Below are positions 24,952 to 33,161 of a stretch of DNA of 33,161 nt, one piece after another. How positions within the stretch are numbered: position 1 is the first letter of the stretch; the number at the start of each line of letters is the position of its first letter. Position numbers and translations under genes: made by a program. The notes below the pieces were generated by a model. That model worked only from the letters and a program-made list of their open reading frames with translations, did no database searches and was not told the origin of the DNA. The stretch lies in IMG/VR virus record IMGVR_UViG_2690316097_000007. One strand, given 5' to 3'. Source of the stretch: a virus (Duplodnaviria; Heunggongvirae; Uroviricota; Caudoviricetes).

Positions 24952-26661
24952 ATGAGTACCACAACACGAAAATTTAAAACCATTATCACCGATACGGGTG
25001 CAAAAAAATTAGCGCAGGCAACCGCGCCAGATGGGAAACCTGTCCGCCTGACACATATGGCCGTGGGTGACGGCGGCGGTACTTTACCCACGCCAGACAG
25101 TAAGCAGACCCGTCTTGTGCATGAGGTGTGGCGACATACCGTTAATCGCGTCACCCTGGACGCAACACATCAGAACCACATTATTGCGGAGCTGGTTATT
25201 CCTCCTGAAACGGGCGGATTCTGGATCCGGGAAATTGGTGTGTTTGATGAGCACGGCGATTTGATCGCGGTAGGCAATACTGCCGAAAGTTACAAGCCAA
25301 CCGTTGCCGAAGGATCCGGACGTGCACAAACATTTCGCACCATTCTGACCGTATCCAGCACTGCCACTGTGGCGCTTACCGTGGATAACACCATGGTGAT
25401 GGCCACAGTGAATTACGTGGATGACAAACTGAAAGAGCATGAACAGTCACGACGTCACCCGGACGCCTCGCTGACCGCAAAAGGCCTTGTCCAGCTCAGC
25501 AACGCCACCAACAGCACGTCTGAAACGCTGGCAGCGACACCAAAAGCCGTTAAGGCAGTAATGGATGAAACGAACAAGAAAGCCCCATTAAACAGCCCGG
25601 CACTGACCGGAACGCCAACAACACCAACTGCGCGACAGGGAACGAATAATACCCAAATCGCAAGCACGGCTTTCGTTATGGCTGCGATTGCCGCACTTGT
25701 AGACTCTTCGCCTGATGCACTGAACACACTGAACGAGCTGGCGGCGGCGCTGGGCAACGACCCGAATTTTGCGACCACCATGACTAACGCGCTTGCGGGT
25801 AAGCAACCGAAAGATGCCACTCTGACGGCGCTGGCGGGGCTTGCTACTGCGGCAGACAGGTTTCCGTATTTTACGGGGAATGATGTCGCCAGCCTGGCAA
25901 CCCTGACAAAAGTCGGGCGGGATATTCTTGCGAAATCGACCGTTGCTGCCGTTATCGAATACCTCGGTTTACAGGAAACGGTAAATCAGGCTTCTGGCGC
26001 ATTACAGAAAAACCAGAACGGCGCAGATATTCCGGGGAAAGATACCTTCACCAAAAATATTGGTGCCTGCCGCGCATATAGCTCATGGCTGAATATTGGT
26101 GGCGATAGTCAGGTCTGGACAACCGCGCAATTTATTTCGTGGCTGGAGAGTCAGGGAGCATTTAACCATCCTTACTGGATGTGCAAAGGCTCATGGGCTT
26201 ATGCAAATAATAAGGTCATTACAGATACAGGTTGCGGAAATATTTGTCTTGCAGGTGCTGTGGTGGAAGTTATTGGCACTCGCGGCGCAATGACCATACG
26301 CGTTACCACGCCGAGCACGTCCAGCGGTGGCGGAATTACTAACGCTCAATTCACTTATATTAATCATGGTGATGCTTACGCTCCTGGCTGGCGACGAGAC
26401 TACAACACGAAAAATCAACAACCTGCATTTGCTTTAGGGCAAACAGGAAGCACTGTCGGAAATGATAAAGCTGTTGGCTGGAACTGGAATAGCGGGGTCT
26501 ATAACGCAAACATTGGTGGCGCATCGACATTAATCCTCCACTTCAATATGAATACGGGGAGCTGCCCTGCTGTACAGTTCCGCGTGAATTACAGGAACGG
26601 CGGTATTTTTTATCGTTCAGCGCGTGATGGTTATGGCTTTGAAGCTGACTGGTCAGAGTGA
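24952..26661 (+). CDS. H: Tail fibre protein (P2 gpH-like N-terminus with a shared C-terminal distal domain)
   Basis: 569-aa ORF directly after I. The N-terminal region is of the P2 H type; the C-terminal roughly 360 aa are identical to the C-terminus of the stf gene at 30182-33134. The stop codon TGA (26659-26661) coincides with the first 3 nt of the IS. Confidence 0.8.
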   Translation: MSTTTRKFKTIITDTGAKKLAQATAPDGKPVRLTHMAVGDGGGTLPTPDSKQTRLVHEVWRHTVNRVTLDATHQNHIIAELVIPPETGGFWIREIGVFDEHGDLIAVGNTAESYKPTVAEGSGRAQTFRTILTVSSTATVALTVDNTMVMATVNYVDDKLKEHEQSRRHPDASLTAKGLVQLSNATNSTSETLAATPKAVKAVMDETNKKAPLNSPALTGTPTTPTARQGTNNTQIASTAFVMAAIAALVDSSPDALNTLNELAAALGNDPNFATTMTNALAGKQPKDATLTALAGLATAADRFPYFTGNDVASLATLTKVGRDILAKSTVAAVIEYLGLQETVNQASGALQKNQNGADIPGKDTFTKNIGACRAYSSWLNIGGDSQVWTTAQFISWLESQGAFNHPYWMCKGSWAYANNKVITDTGCGNICLAGAVVEVIGTRGAMTIRVTTPSTSSGGGITNAQFTYINHGDAYAPGWRRDYNTKNQQPAFALGQTGSTVGNDKAVGWNWNSGVYNANIGGASTLILHFNMNTGSCPAVQFRVNYRNGGIFYRSARDGYGFEADWSE

Positions 26662-26688
26662 GGTAGCCTGAGTTTAACGGACACTCCT
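25601..26688 (+). repeat. About 1.09-kb near-identical direct repeat, copy 1 (3' end of H plus IS left end)
   Basis: Matches 32074-33161 at a fixed offset of 6473 nt; only 3 mismatches seen in the first 150 nt. Flanking similarity decays upstream (about 80-85% over 25480-25600 vs 31953-32073), as expected for a recombination boundary. Confidence 0.85.
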
Positions 26689-26722
26689 TCCTGAAATAGA
26701 ATGGCATCAGAAGGAGCTAATA

Positions 26723-27025
26723 ATGAGCAGAAAAACCCAACGTTACTCTAAAGAGTTCAAAGCCGAAGCTGTCAGAACGGTTCTTGAAAATCAACTTTCG
26801 ATCAGTGAAGGCGCTTCCCGATTATCTCTTCCTGAAGGCACTTTAGGACAATGGGTTACCGCCGCCAGAAAAGGGCTCGGTACTCCTGGTTCCCGCACGG
26901 TGGCTGAACTGGAATCTGAAATTCTGCAACTGCGTAAGGCGTTAAATGAAGCTCGCCTTGAGCGAGATATATTAAAAAAAGCAACAGCGTATTTTGCACA
27001 GGAGTCGCTGAAAAATACGCGTTAA
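26723..27025 (+). CDS. IS3-family transposase OrfA (HTH plus leucine-zipper part)
   Basis: 100-aa ORF with AAGGAG RBS; ends ...ERDILKKATAYFAQESLKNTR, typical of IS3-family OrfA proteins. Confidence 0.85.
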   Translation: MSRKTQRYSKEFKAEAVRTVLENQLSISEGASRLSLPEGTLGQWVTAARKGLGTPGSRTVAELESEILQLRKALNEARLERDILKKATAYFAQESLKNTR

Positions 27026-27060
27026 TCGAACAATGGCGACAACAATTTCCCATTGAAGCG

Positions 27061-27879
27061 ATGTGTCAGGTATTTGGTGTATCCAGGAGCGGTTATTACA
27101 ACTGGGTACAGCATGAACCCTCAGACAGAAAACAAAGTGATGAGCGGCTAAAACTGGAGATTAAGGTGGCACATATCCGCACTCGCGAAACATATGGAAC
27201 CCGGCGGCTCCAGACGGAGCTGGCAGAGAATGGCATCATCGTTGGTCGTGACCGACTGGCACGTCTTCGTAAGGAGCTAAGGCTACGCTGTAAGCAGAAA
27301 CGCAAGTTCAGAGCGACTACGAACTCGAACCACAATCTGCCAGTTGCGCCAAATCTGCTGAACCAGACGTTCGCTCCTACAGCACCAAATCAGGTCTGGG
27401 TGGCGGACCTGACGTATGTTGCCACACAGGAGGGATGGTTGTACCTCGCTGGCATCAAAGATGTTTATACGTGCGAAATTGTCGGCTACGCCATGGGAGA
27501 GCGCATGACAAAAGAGCTGACAGGTAAAGCCCTGTTTATGGCGCTCAGGAGCCAGCGCCCACCTGCCGGGCTAATCCACCACTCTGATCGAGGTTCACAG
27601 TACTGCGCATACGATTACCGGGTCATACAGGAGCAGTCTGGTCTGAAAACATCAATGTCGCGTAAAGGTAACTGTTACGACAACGCTCCGATGGAAAGCT
27701 TCTGGGGAACGCTGAAAAATGAGAGCCTGAGCCACTATCGTTTTAATAACCGGGATGAAGCCATCTCAGTAATACGGGAATACATTGAGATTTTCTACAA
27801 TCGTCAGCGTCGTCACTCTCGTCTGGGGAATATCTCCCCGGCAGCCTTCAGGGAAAAATATCATCAGATGGCTGCTTAA
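27061..27879 (+). CDS. IS3-family transposase OrfB (DDE catalytic domain), expressed as an OrfAB fusion by -1 frameshift
   Basis: 272-aa ORF in the -1 frame relative to orfA. The -1 frame is open from the slippery site (26974) through 27061. DDE-type motifs are visible (WVADLTYV, HHSDRGSQY, integrase-core-like C-terminus). Confidence 0.85.
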   Translation: MCQVFGVSRSGYYNWVQHEPSDRKQSDERLKLEIKVAHIRTRETYGTRRLQTELAENGIIVGRDRLARLRKELRLRCKQKRKFRATTNSNHNLPVAPNLLNQTFAPTAPNQVWVADLTYVATQEGWLYLAGIKDVYTCEIVGYAMGERMTKELTGKALFMALRSQRPPAGLIHHSDRGSQYCAYDYRVIQEQSGLKTSMSRKGNCYDNAPMESFWGTLKNESLSHYRFNNRDEAISVIREYIEIFYNRQRRHSRLGNISPAAFREKYHQMAA

Positions 27880-27923
27880 AAAAAGAACAAATGGTAGTGT
27901 CCGCTATTGCCAGTACACCTCAN

Positions 27924-28606
27924 TTAATCCTGCGAATGGCAACACAAAGCCGATGTTTGTTGGTCAGGGCGATCAGATATTCATGAACGACGTGTTCCTG
28001 AAACGCCTGACGGCTCCCACCATTACCAGCGGCGGTAATCCTCCGGCATTTTCCCTGACACCGGACGGAAAACTGACCGCTAAAAATGCAGATATCAGTG
28101 GCAGTGTGAATGCGAACGCCGGGACGCTCAACAATGTCACAATTAATGAGAACTGTCAGATTAAGGGGAAACTGTCAGCCAACCAGATTGAAGGCGATAT
28201 AGTCAAAACAGTGGGTAAGGCTTTTCCGCGGGACTCCCGGGCACCGGAGCGGTGGCCATCAGGGACCATTACCGTCAGGATTTATGACGATCAGCCTTTT
28301 GACAGGCAAATTGTTATTCCGGCGGTGGCATTCAGCGGCGCTAAACATGAGCGGGAGAATAACGATATTTATTCGTCATGCCGCCTGATAGTACGGAAAA
28401 ACGGTGCTGAAATTTATAACCGTACCGCGCTGGATAATACGCTGATTTACAGTGGTGTTATTGATATGCCAGCTGGTCGCGGCCACATGACGCTGGAGTT
28501 TTCGGTGTCAGCATGGCTGGTGAATAACTGGTATCCCACAGCAAGTATCAGCGATTTGCTGGTTGTGGTGATGAAGAAAGCCACCGCAGGCATCAGTATC
28601 AGCTGA
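27924..28606 (+). pseudogene. J: 3' fragment of a lambda J-like host-specificity (central tail fibre) gene
   Basis: About 227 codons after the IS. Resembles the C-terminal receptor-binding part of lambda J as recalled ([29 protein letters not shown]...; ends [10 protein letters not shown] vs lambda KKQALGISVV). The rest of J (about 900 codons) is missing; followed by lom as in lambda. Confidence 0.75.
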
Positions 28607-28673
28607 ATTTTATAACCCATATACGGGCGCCAGAAATGGCGCCTTTTTTATTGCAGAAAAGCGAGAGGTAATT

Positions 28674-29273
28674 ATGCGTAAAGTTTGTGCAGCCATTTTG
28701 TCCGCAGCCATCTGTCTGTCCGTATCCGGTGCGCCTGCATGGGCGTCTGAACATCAGTCCACACTGAGCGCGGGGTATCTTCATGCCCGTACGAACGCTC
28801 CCGGCAGCGATAATCTGAACGGGATTAACGTGAAATACCGTTATGAGTTTACGGACGCGCTGGGGCTGATTACGTCCTTCAGTTATGCCAATGCTGAGGA
28901 TGAGCAAAAAACGCACTACAGCGATACCCGCTGGCATGAAGATTCCGTGCGTAACCGCTGGTTCAGCGTGATGGCGGGGCCGTCTGTACGCGTGAATGAA
29001 TGGTTCAGCGCGTATGCGATGGTGGGTGTGGCTTACAGCCGTGTGTCGACTTTCTCCGGGGATTATCTCCGCGTAACTGACAACAAGGGGAAAACGCACG
29101 ATGTGCTGACCGGAAGTGATGACGGTCGCCACAGCAACACGTCTCTGGCGTGGGGGGCTGGCGTGCAGTTTAACCCGACCGAATCCGTGACCATTGACCT
29201 TGCTTATGAAGGTTCCGGTAGTGGTGACTGGCGAACGGATGCATTTATTGTTGGTATCGGATACCGTATCTGA
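28674..29273 (+). CDS. lom: Lom-like outer-membrane beta-barrel protein (Ail/Lom family)
   Basis: 199-aa ORF with signal peptide and C-terminal aromatic residue pattern (IVGIGYRI), in the lambda position between J and stf. Confidence 0.85.
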   Translation: MRKVCAAILSAAICLSVSGAPAWASEHQSTLSAGYLHARTNAPGSDNLNGINVKYRYEFTDALGLITSFSYANAEDEQKTHYSDTRWHEDSVRNRWFSVMAGPSVRVNEWFSAYAMVGVAYSRVSTFSGDYLRVTDNKGKTHDVLTGSDDGRHSNTSLAWGAGVQFNPTESVTIDLAYEGSGSGDWRTDAFIVGIGYRI

Positions 29274-29424
29274 CAACAGACGCCGATTTATCTTCTGTAA
29301 ATATTGTTATGATACGCAGGTTCATCCACCTTATGGGGTGAACTGCGTTTGAGGAAACGTAAAGTTACACTGTCCTGAAGCCCGTGGCGTCACTGCTGCG
29401 GGCTTTTTTTATTGGTGGAAAAGT

Positions 29425-30129
29425 ATGACAGTAAAAATTTCTGGCGTGCTTAAAGATGGCACAGGAAAACCAGTACAGAACTGCACCATTGTGCTGAAGG
29501 CCAGACGAACCAGCAGCACGATGGTGGTGAACACGGTGGCCTCTGAAAATCCGGATGAAGCCGGACGTTACAGCATGGATGTTGAGCATGGTCAGTACAG
29601 CGTCACCCTGCTGGTTGAAGGTTTTCCGCCTTCACATGCCGGGACCATTACCGTCTATGAAGGTTCCAGACCAGGTACGCTGAATGATTTTCTCGGTGCC
29701 ATGACGGAGGATGATGTCCGACCGGAGGCACTGCGCCGCTTTGAGCAGATGGTGGAAGAGGTGTCACGTAACGCCTCCGCGGTTGCACAGAATACGGCAG
29801 CCGCGAAAAAATCAGCCAGCGAGGCGGCAACTCATGCAACCGATGCTGCAGCCTCAGCACGTGCCGCCAGCACGTCAGCCGGACAGGCCGCGTCGTCGGC
29901 TCAGTCAGCGTCTTCCAGCGCAGGAACGGCATCGACAAAGGCCCGTGAAGCAGCAAAAAGTGCTGCTGCAGAGTCATCAAAAAGCGCGGCAGCTACCAGC
30001 GCCAGTGCCGCGAAAACGTCAGAAACGAATGCCGCAGCATCACAAAAATCGGCAGCCACTTCTGCATCCACAGCGACCACGAAGGCGTCAGAAGCTGCCA
30101 CCTCGGCACGGGGTGNATTAGCCAGGTAA
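29425..30129 (+). pseudogene. Truncated N-terminal copy of a side tail fibre gene (stf-like, about 231 codons)
   Basis: N-terminus MTVKISGVLKDGTGKPVQNCTIVLKAR... is about 90% identical to the start of the full stf at 30182 and matches the lambda Stf N-terminus as recalled. Reading frame ends just after an N at 30116 and is followed by a terminator. Confidence 0.65.
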
Positions 30130-30143
30130 CACAGTGTTATGAC

Positions 30144-30171
30144 AGCCCGCCGGTTCAGGCGGGCTTTTTTG
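30144..30171 (+). terminator. Rho-independent terminator
   Basis: Perfect 8-bp GC-rich stem AGCCCGCC / GGCGGGCT with 6-nt loop GGTTCA, followed by TTTTTT. Lies between the truncated stf fragment and the full stf gene. Confidence 0.7.
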
Positions 30172-30181
30172 TGGGGTGAAT

Positions 30182-33134
30182 ATGGCAGTAAAGATTTCAG
30201 GTGTACTGAAAGACGGCACAGGAAAACCGGTACAGAACTGCACAATCCAGCTGAAAGCAAAACGTAACAGCACCACGGTGGTGGTGAACACGCTGGCCTC
30301 AGAAAATCCGGATGAAGCCGGGCGTTACAGCATGGACGTTGAGTACGGTCAGTACAGCGTTATTCTGTTGGTGGAAGGATTCCCGCCGTCACATGCCGGG
30401 ACCATCACCGTGTATGAAGATTCCCGACCCGGTACGCTGAATGATTTTCTCGGTGCCATGACGGAGGATGATGCCCGTCCGGAGGCACTGCGCCGTTTTG
30501 AGCTGATGGTGGAAGAGGTGGCGCGTAACGCGTCCGCGGTGGCACAGAACACGGCAGCCGCGAAGAAATCAGCCAGCGATGCCAGCACATCAGCCCGTGA
30601 GGCGGCAACCCATGCGACTGATGCTGCAGATTCAGCACGTGCAGCCAGCACGTCAGCCGGACAGGCCGCTTCGTCGGCTCAGTCAGCGTCTTCCAGCGCA
30701 GGAACGGCATCAACAAAGGCCACTGAAGCCTCAAAAAGTGCTGCCGCTGCAGAGTCCTCAAAAAGCGCGGCGGCTACCAGTGCCGGTGCGGCGAAAACGT
30801 TAGAAACGAATGCGGCAGCGTCACAACAATCAGCAGCCACTTCTGCATCCACCGCGACCACGAAAGCGTCAGAAGCTGCCACCTCAGCCCGGGATGCGTC
30901 GGCTTCAAAAGAGGCGGCAAAATCATCAGAAACGAACGCATCATCAAGCGCCAGTAGCGCAGCTTCCTCGGCGACGGCGGCTGCAAATTCTGCGAAGGCG
31001 GCCAAAACGTCCGAGACGAACGCCAGGTCTTCTGAAACGGCAGCGGGACAGAGTGCCTCAGCTGCGGCAGGCTCAAAAACAGCGGCTGCGTCGTCTGCCA
31101 GCGCCGCGTCAACAAGTGCCGGGCAGNNNNNNNNNNNNNNNNNNNNNNNNNNNNNNNNNNNNNNNNNNNNNNNNNNNNNNNNNNNNNNNNNNNNNNNNNN
31201 NNNNNNNNNNNNNNNNNNNNNNNNNNNNNNNNNNNNNNNNNNNNNNNNNNNNNNNNNNNNNNNNNNAGCAGCGGGACAGAGCGCCTCAGCTGCGGCAGGT
31301 TCAAAAACAGCGGCTGCATTATCTGCCAGTGCCGCGTCAACAAGTGCCGGGCAGGCCTCAGCCAGTGCCACCGCCGCCGGAAAATCGGCAGAAAGCGCCG
31401 CATCATCCGCTTCAACAGCCACAACGAAGGCTGGCGAAGCCACTGAGCAGGCCACGGCAGCAGCTCAGAGCAAANNNNNNNNNNNNNNNNNNNNNNNNNN
31501 NNNNNNNNNNNNNNNNNNNNNNNNNNNNNNNNNNNNNNNNNNNNNNNNCATCATCCGCTTCAACAGCCACAACGAAGGCTGGCAAAGCCACTGAGCAAGC
31601 CACTGCAGCAGCGAGGTCTGCTTCTGCAGCAAAAACCTCTGAAACAAATGCAAAGACTTCAGCAGACAATGCTGCTTCCTCTAAGGCAGCAGCCGCATCG
31701 TCAGCCAGTTCAGCGGCGTCATCGGCATCATCTGCGTCTGCTTCAAAAGATGAGGCGACCAGACAAGCGTCAGCAGCGAAAGGTAGTGCCACGACAGCAA
31801 CAACGAAAGCATCAGAGGCGGCAGGCAGTGCGACGGCTGCATCTCAGAGCAAAGTTGCTGCTGAATCCGCGGCAACGCGCGCCGAGACAGCAGCAAAACG
31901 GGCAGAGGATATTGCATCCGCCGTGGCGCTGGAGGATGCGAGCACGACGAAAAAGGGGATAGTACAGCTCAGCAGTGCGACCAACAGCACTTCCGAGTCA
32001 CTGGCGGCAACGCCAAAAGCGGTTAAGGCGGTAATGGGTGAAACGAACAAGAAAGCGCCCTTAAATAGTCCTGCACTGACCGGAACGCCAACAACACCAA
32101 CTGCGCGACAGGGAACGAATAATACCCAAATCGCAAGCACGGCTTTCGTTATGGCTGCGATTGCCGCACTTGTAGACTCTTCACCTGATGCACTGAACAC
32201 GCTGAACGAGCTGGCTGCGGCGCTGGGCAACGACCCGAATTTTGCGACCACCATGACTAACGCGCTTGCGGGTAAGCAACCGAAAGATGCCACTCTGACG
32301 GCGCTGGCGGGGCTTGCTACTGCGGCAGACAGGTTTCCGTATTTTACGGGGAATGATGTCGCCAGCCTGGCAACCCTGACAAAAGTCGGGCGGGATATTC
32401 TTGCGAAATCGACCGTTGCTGCCGTTATCGAATACCTCGGTTTACAGGAAACGGTAAATCAGGCTTCTGGCGCATTACAGAAAAACCAGAACGGCGCAGA
32501 TATTCCGGGGAAAGATACCTTCACCAAAAATATTGGTGCCTGCCGCGCATATAGCTCATGGCTGAATATTGGTGGCGATAGTCAGGTCTGGACAACCGCG
32601 CAATTTATTTCGTGGCTGGAGAGTCAGGGAGCATTTAACCATCCTTACTGGATGTGCAAAGGCTCATGGGCTTATGCAAATAATAAGGTCATTACAGATA
32701 CAGGTTGCGGAAATATTTGTCTTGCAGGTGCTGTGGTGGAAGTTATTGGCACTCGCGGCGCAATGACCATACGCGTTACCACGCCGAGCACGTCCAGCGG
32801 TGGCGGAATTACTAACGCTCAATTCACTTATATTAATCATGGTGATGCTTACGCTCCTGGCTGGCGACGAGACTACAACACGAAAAATCAACAACCTGCA
32901 TTTGCTTTAGGGCAAACAGGAAGCACTGTCGGAAATGATAAAGCTGTTGGCTGGAACTGGAATAGCGGGGTCTATAACGCAAACATTGGTGGCGCATCGA
33001 CATTAATCCTCCACTTCAATATGAATACGGGGAGCTGCCCTGCTGTACAGTTCCGCGTGAATTACAGGAACGGCGGTATTTTTTATCGTTCAGCGCGTGA
33101 TGGTTATGGCTTTGAAGCTGACTGGTCAGAGTGA
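30182..33134 (+). CDS. stf: Side tail fibre protein (lambda Stf-like), interrupted by two N-runs
   Basis: N-terminus MAVKISGVLKDGTGKPVQNCTIQLKAKRNSTTVVVNT...GFPPSHAGTITVYEDSRPGTLNDFLGAMTEDDARPEALRR matches lambda Stf closely as recalled. Long Ala/Ser-rich repetitive middle. The sense frame changes across the N-run at 31475-31548 (gap length inexact). C-terminal roughly 360 aa are identical to the H C-terminus. Confidence 0.8.
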
Positions 33135-33161
33135 GGTAGCCTGAGTTTAACGGACACTCCT
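32074..33161 (+). repeat. About 1.09-kb near-identical direct repeat, copy 2 (3' end of stf plus IS left end, runs to window edge)
   Basis: Matches 25601-26688. The last 27 nt of the window (GGTAGCCTGAGTTTAACGGACACTCCT) are identical to the sequence following the H stop, i.e. the IS left terminus. Confidence 0.85.

Larger units (their letters stand above)
26659..27922 (+). mobile_element. IS3-family insertion sequence (1264 bp, IS600-like size)
   Basis: Starts with TG and ends with CA. Imperfect terminal inverted repeats: left TGAGGTAGCCTGAGTTTAACGGACACTCC, right end reverse-complement TGAGGTGTACTGGCAATAGCGGACACTACC. Contains orfA and orfB in the 0 and -1 frames with an A AAA AAA slippery run at 26974-26980. 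A single N follows at 27923. Confidence 0.8.

Noticed and set aside
27785-28606. 273-aa ORF treated as an intact gene
   Set aside because: Its first 46 codons lie inside the IS right end and span the N at 27923. The genuine coding part is a C-terminal fragment of a lambda J-like gene beginning after the IS.
30679-31455. Minus-strand ORFs (258 and 216 aa) across the stf repeats and N-runs
   Set aside because: Artefacts of the Ala/Ser-rich repetitive stf coding region and N masking; the translation is low-complexity antisense.
29650-31900. Possible CRISPR array or non-coding tandem repeat in the stf region
   Set aside because: The periodic units are in-frame codon repeats encoding Ala/Ser-rich fibre shaft, have no conserved repeat-spacer architecture, and sit inside a continuous tail-fibre reading frame.

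Overview
Enterobacterial (E. coli/Shigella-like) chromosome segment: nlpC-btuD-btuE-btuC on the minus strand (30-2915), followed by a P2-like (Peduovirus-type) prophage from about 3000 to 26661. The prophage runs int - C - cox - early ORFs - replication gene A - a cargo locus - portal Q / terminase P - O N M L X - lysis cassette - R S V W J I - tail fibre H. An IS3-family element (26659-27922) sits exactly on the H stop codon, so the usual downstream P2 tail genes (fibre assembly, sheath, tube, tape measure, D, ogr) are absent from this window. After the IS comes a lambdoid tail-tip remnant: a truncated J, lom, a truncated stf and a full-length stf. The last ~1.1 kb of the stf gene is near-identical in DNA to the 3' end of H. 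Two accessory loci are the best candidates for an undescribed system: (1) an AT-rich two-gene module at 3108-4146, translationally coupled to the int stop codon, and (2) a five-gene cargo between A and the portal gene, where P2 carries tin/old, containing a ParM-like actin ATPase, a ParR-like protein and three unknown ORFs. All calls rest on reading the ORF translations and recalled family features; no database search was run. Runs of N (15825-16085, 31127-31266, 31475-31548) and single Ns at 27923 and 30116 fall at repeats and junctions, so the joins there need independent confirmation.
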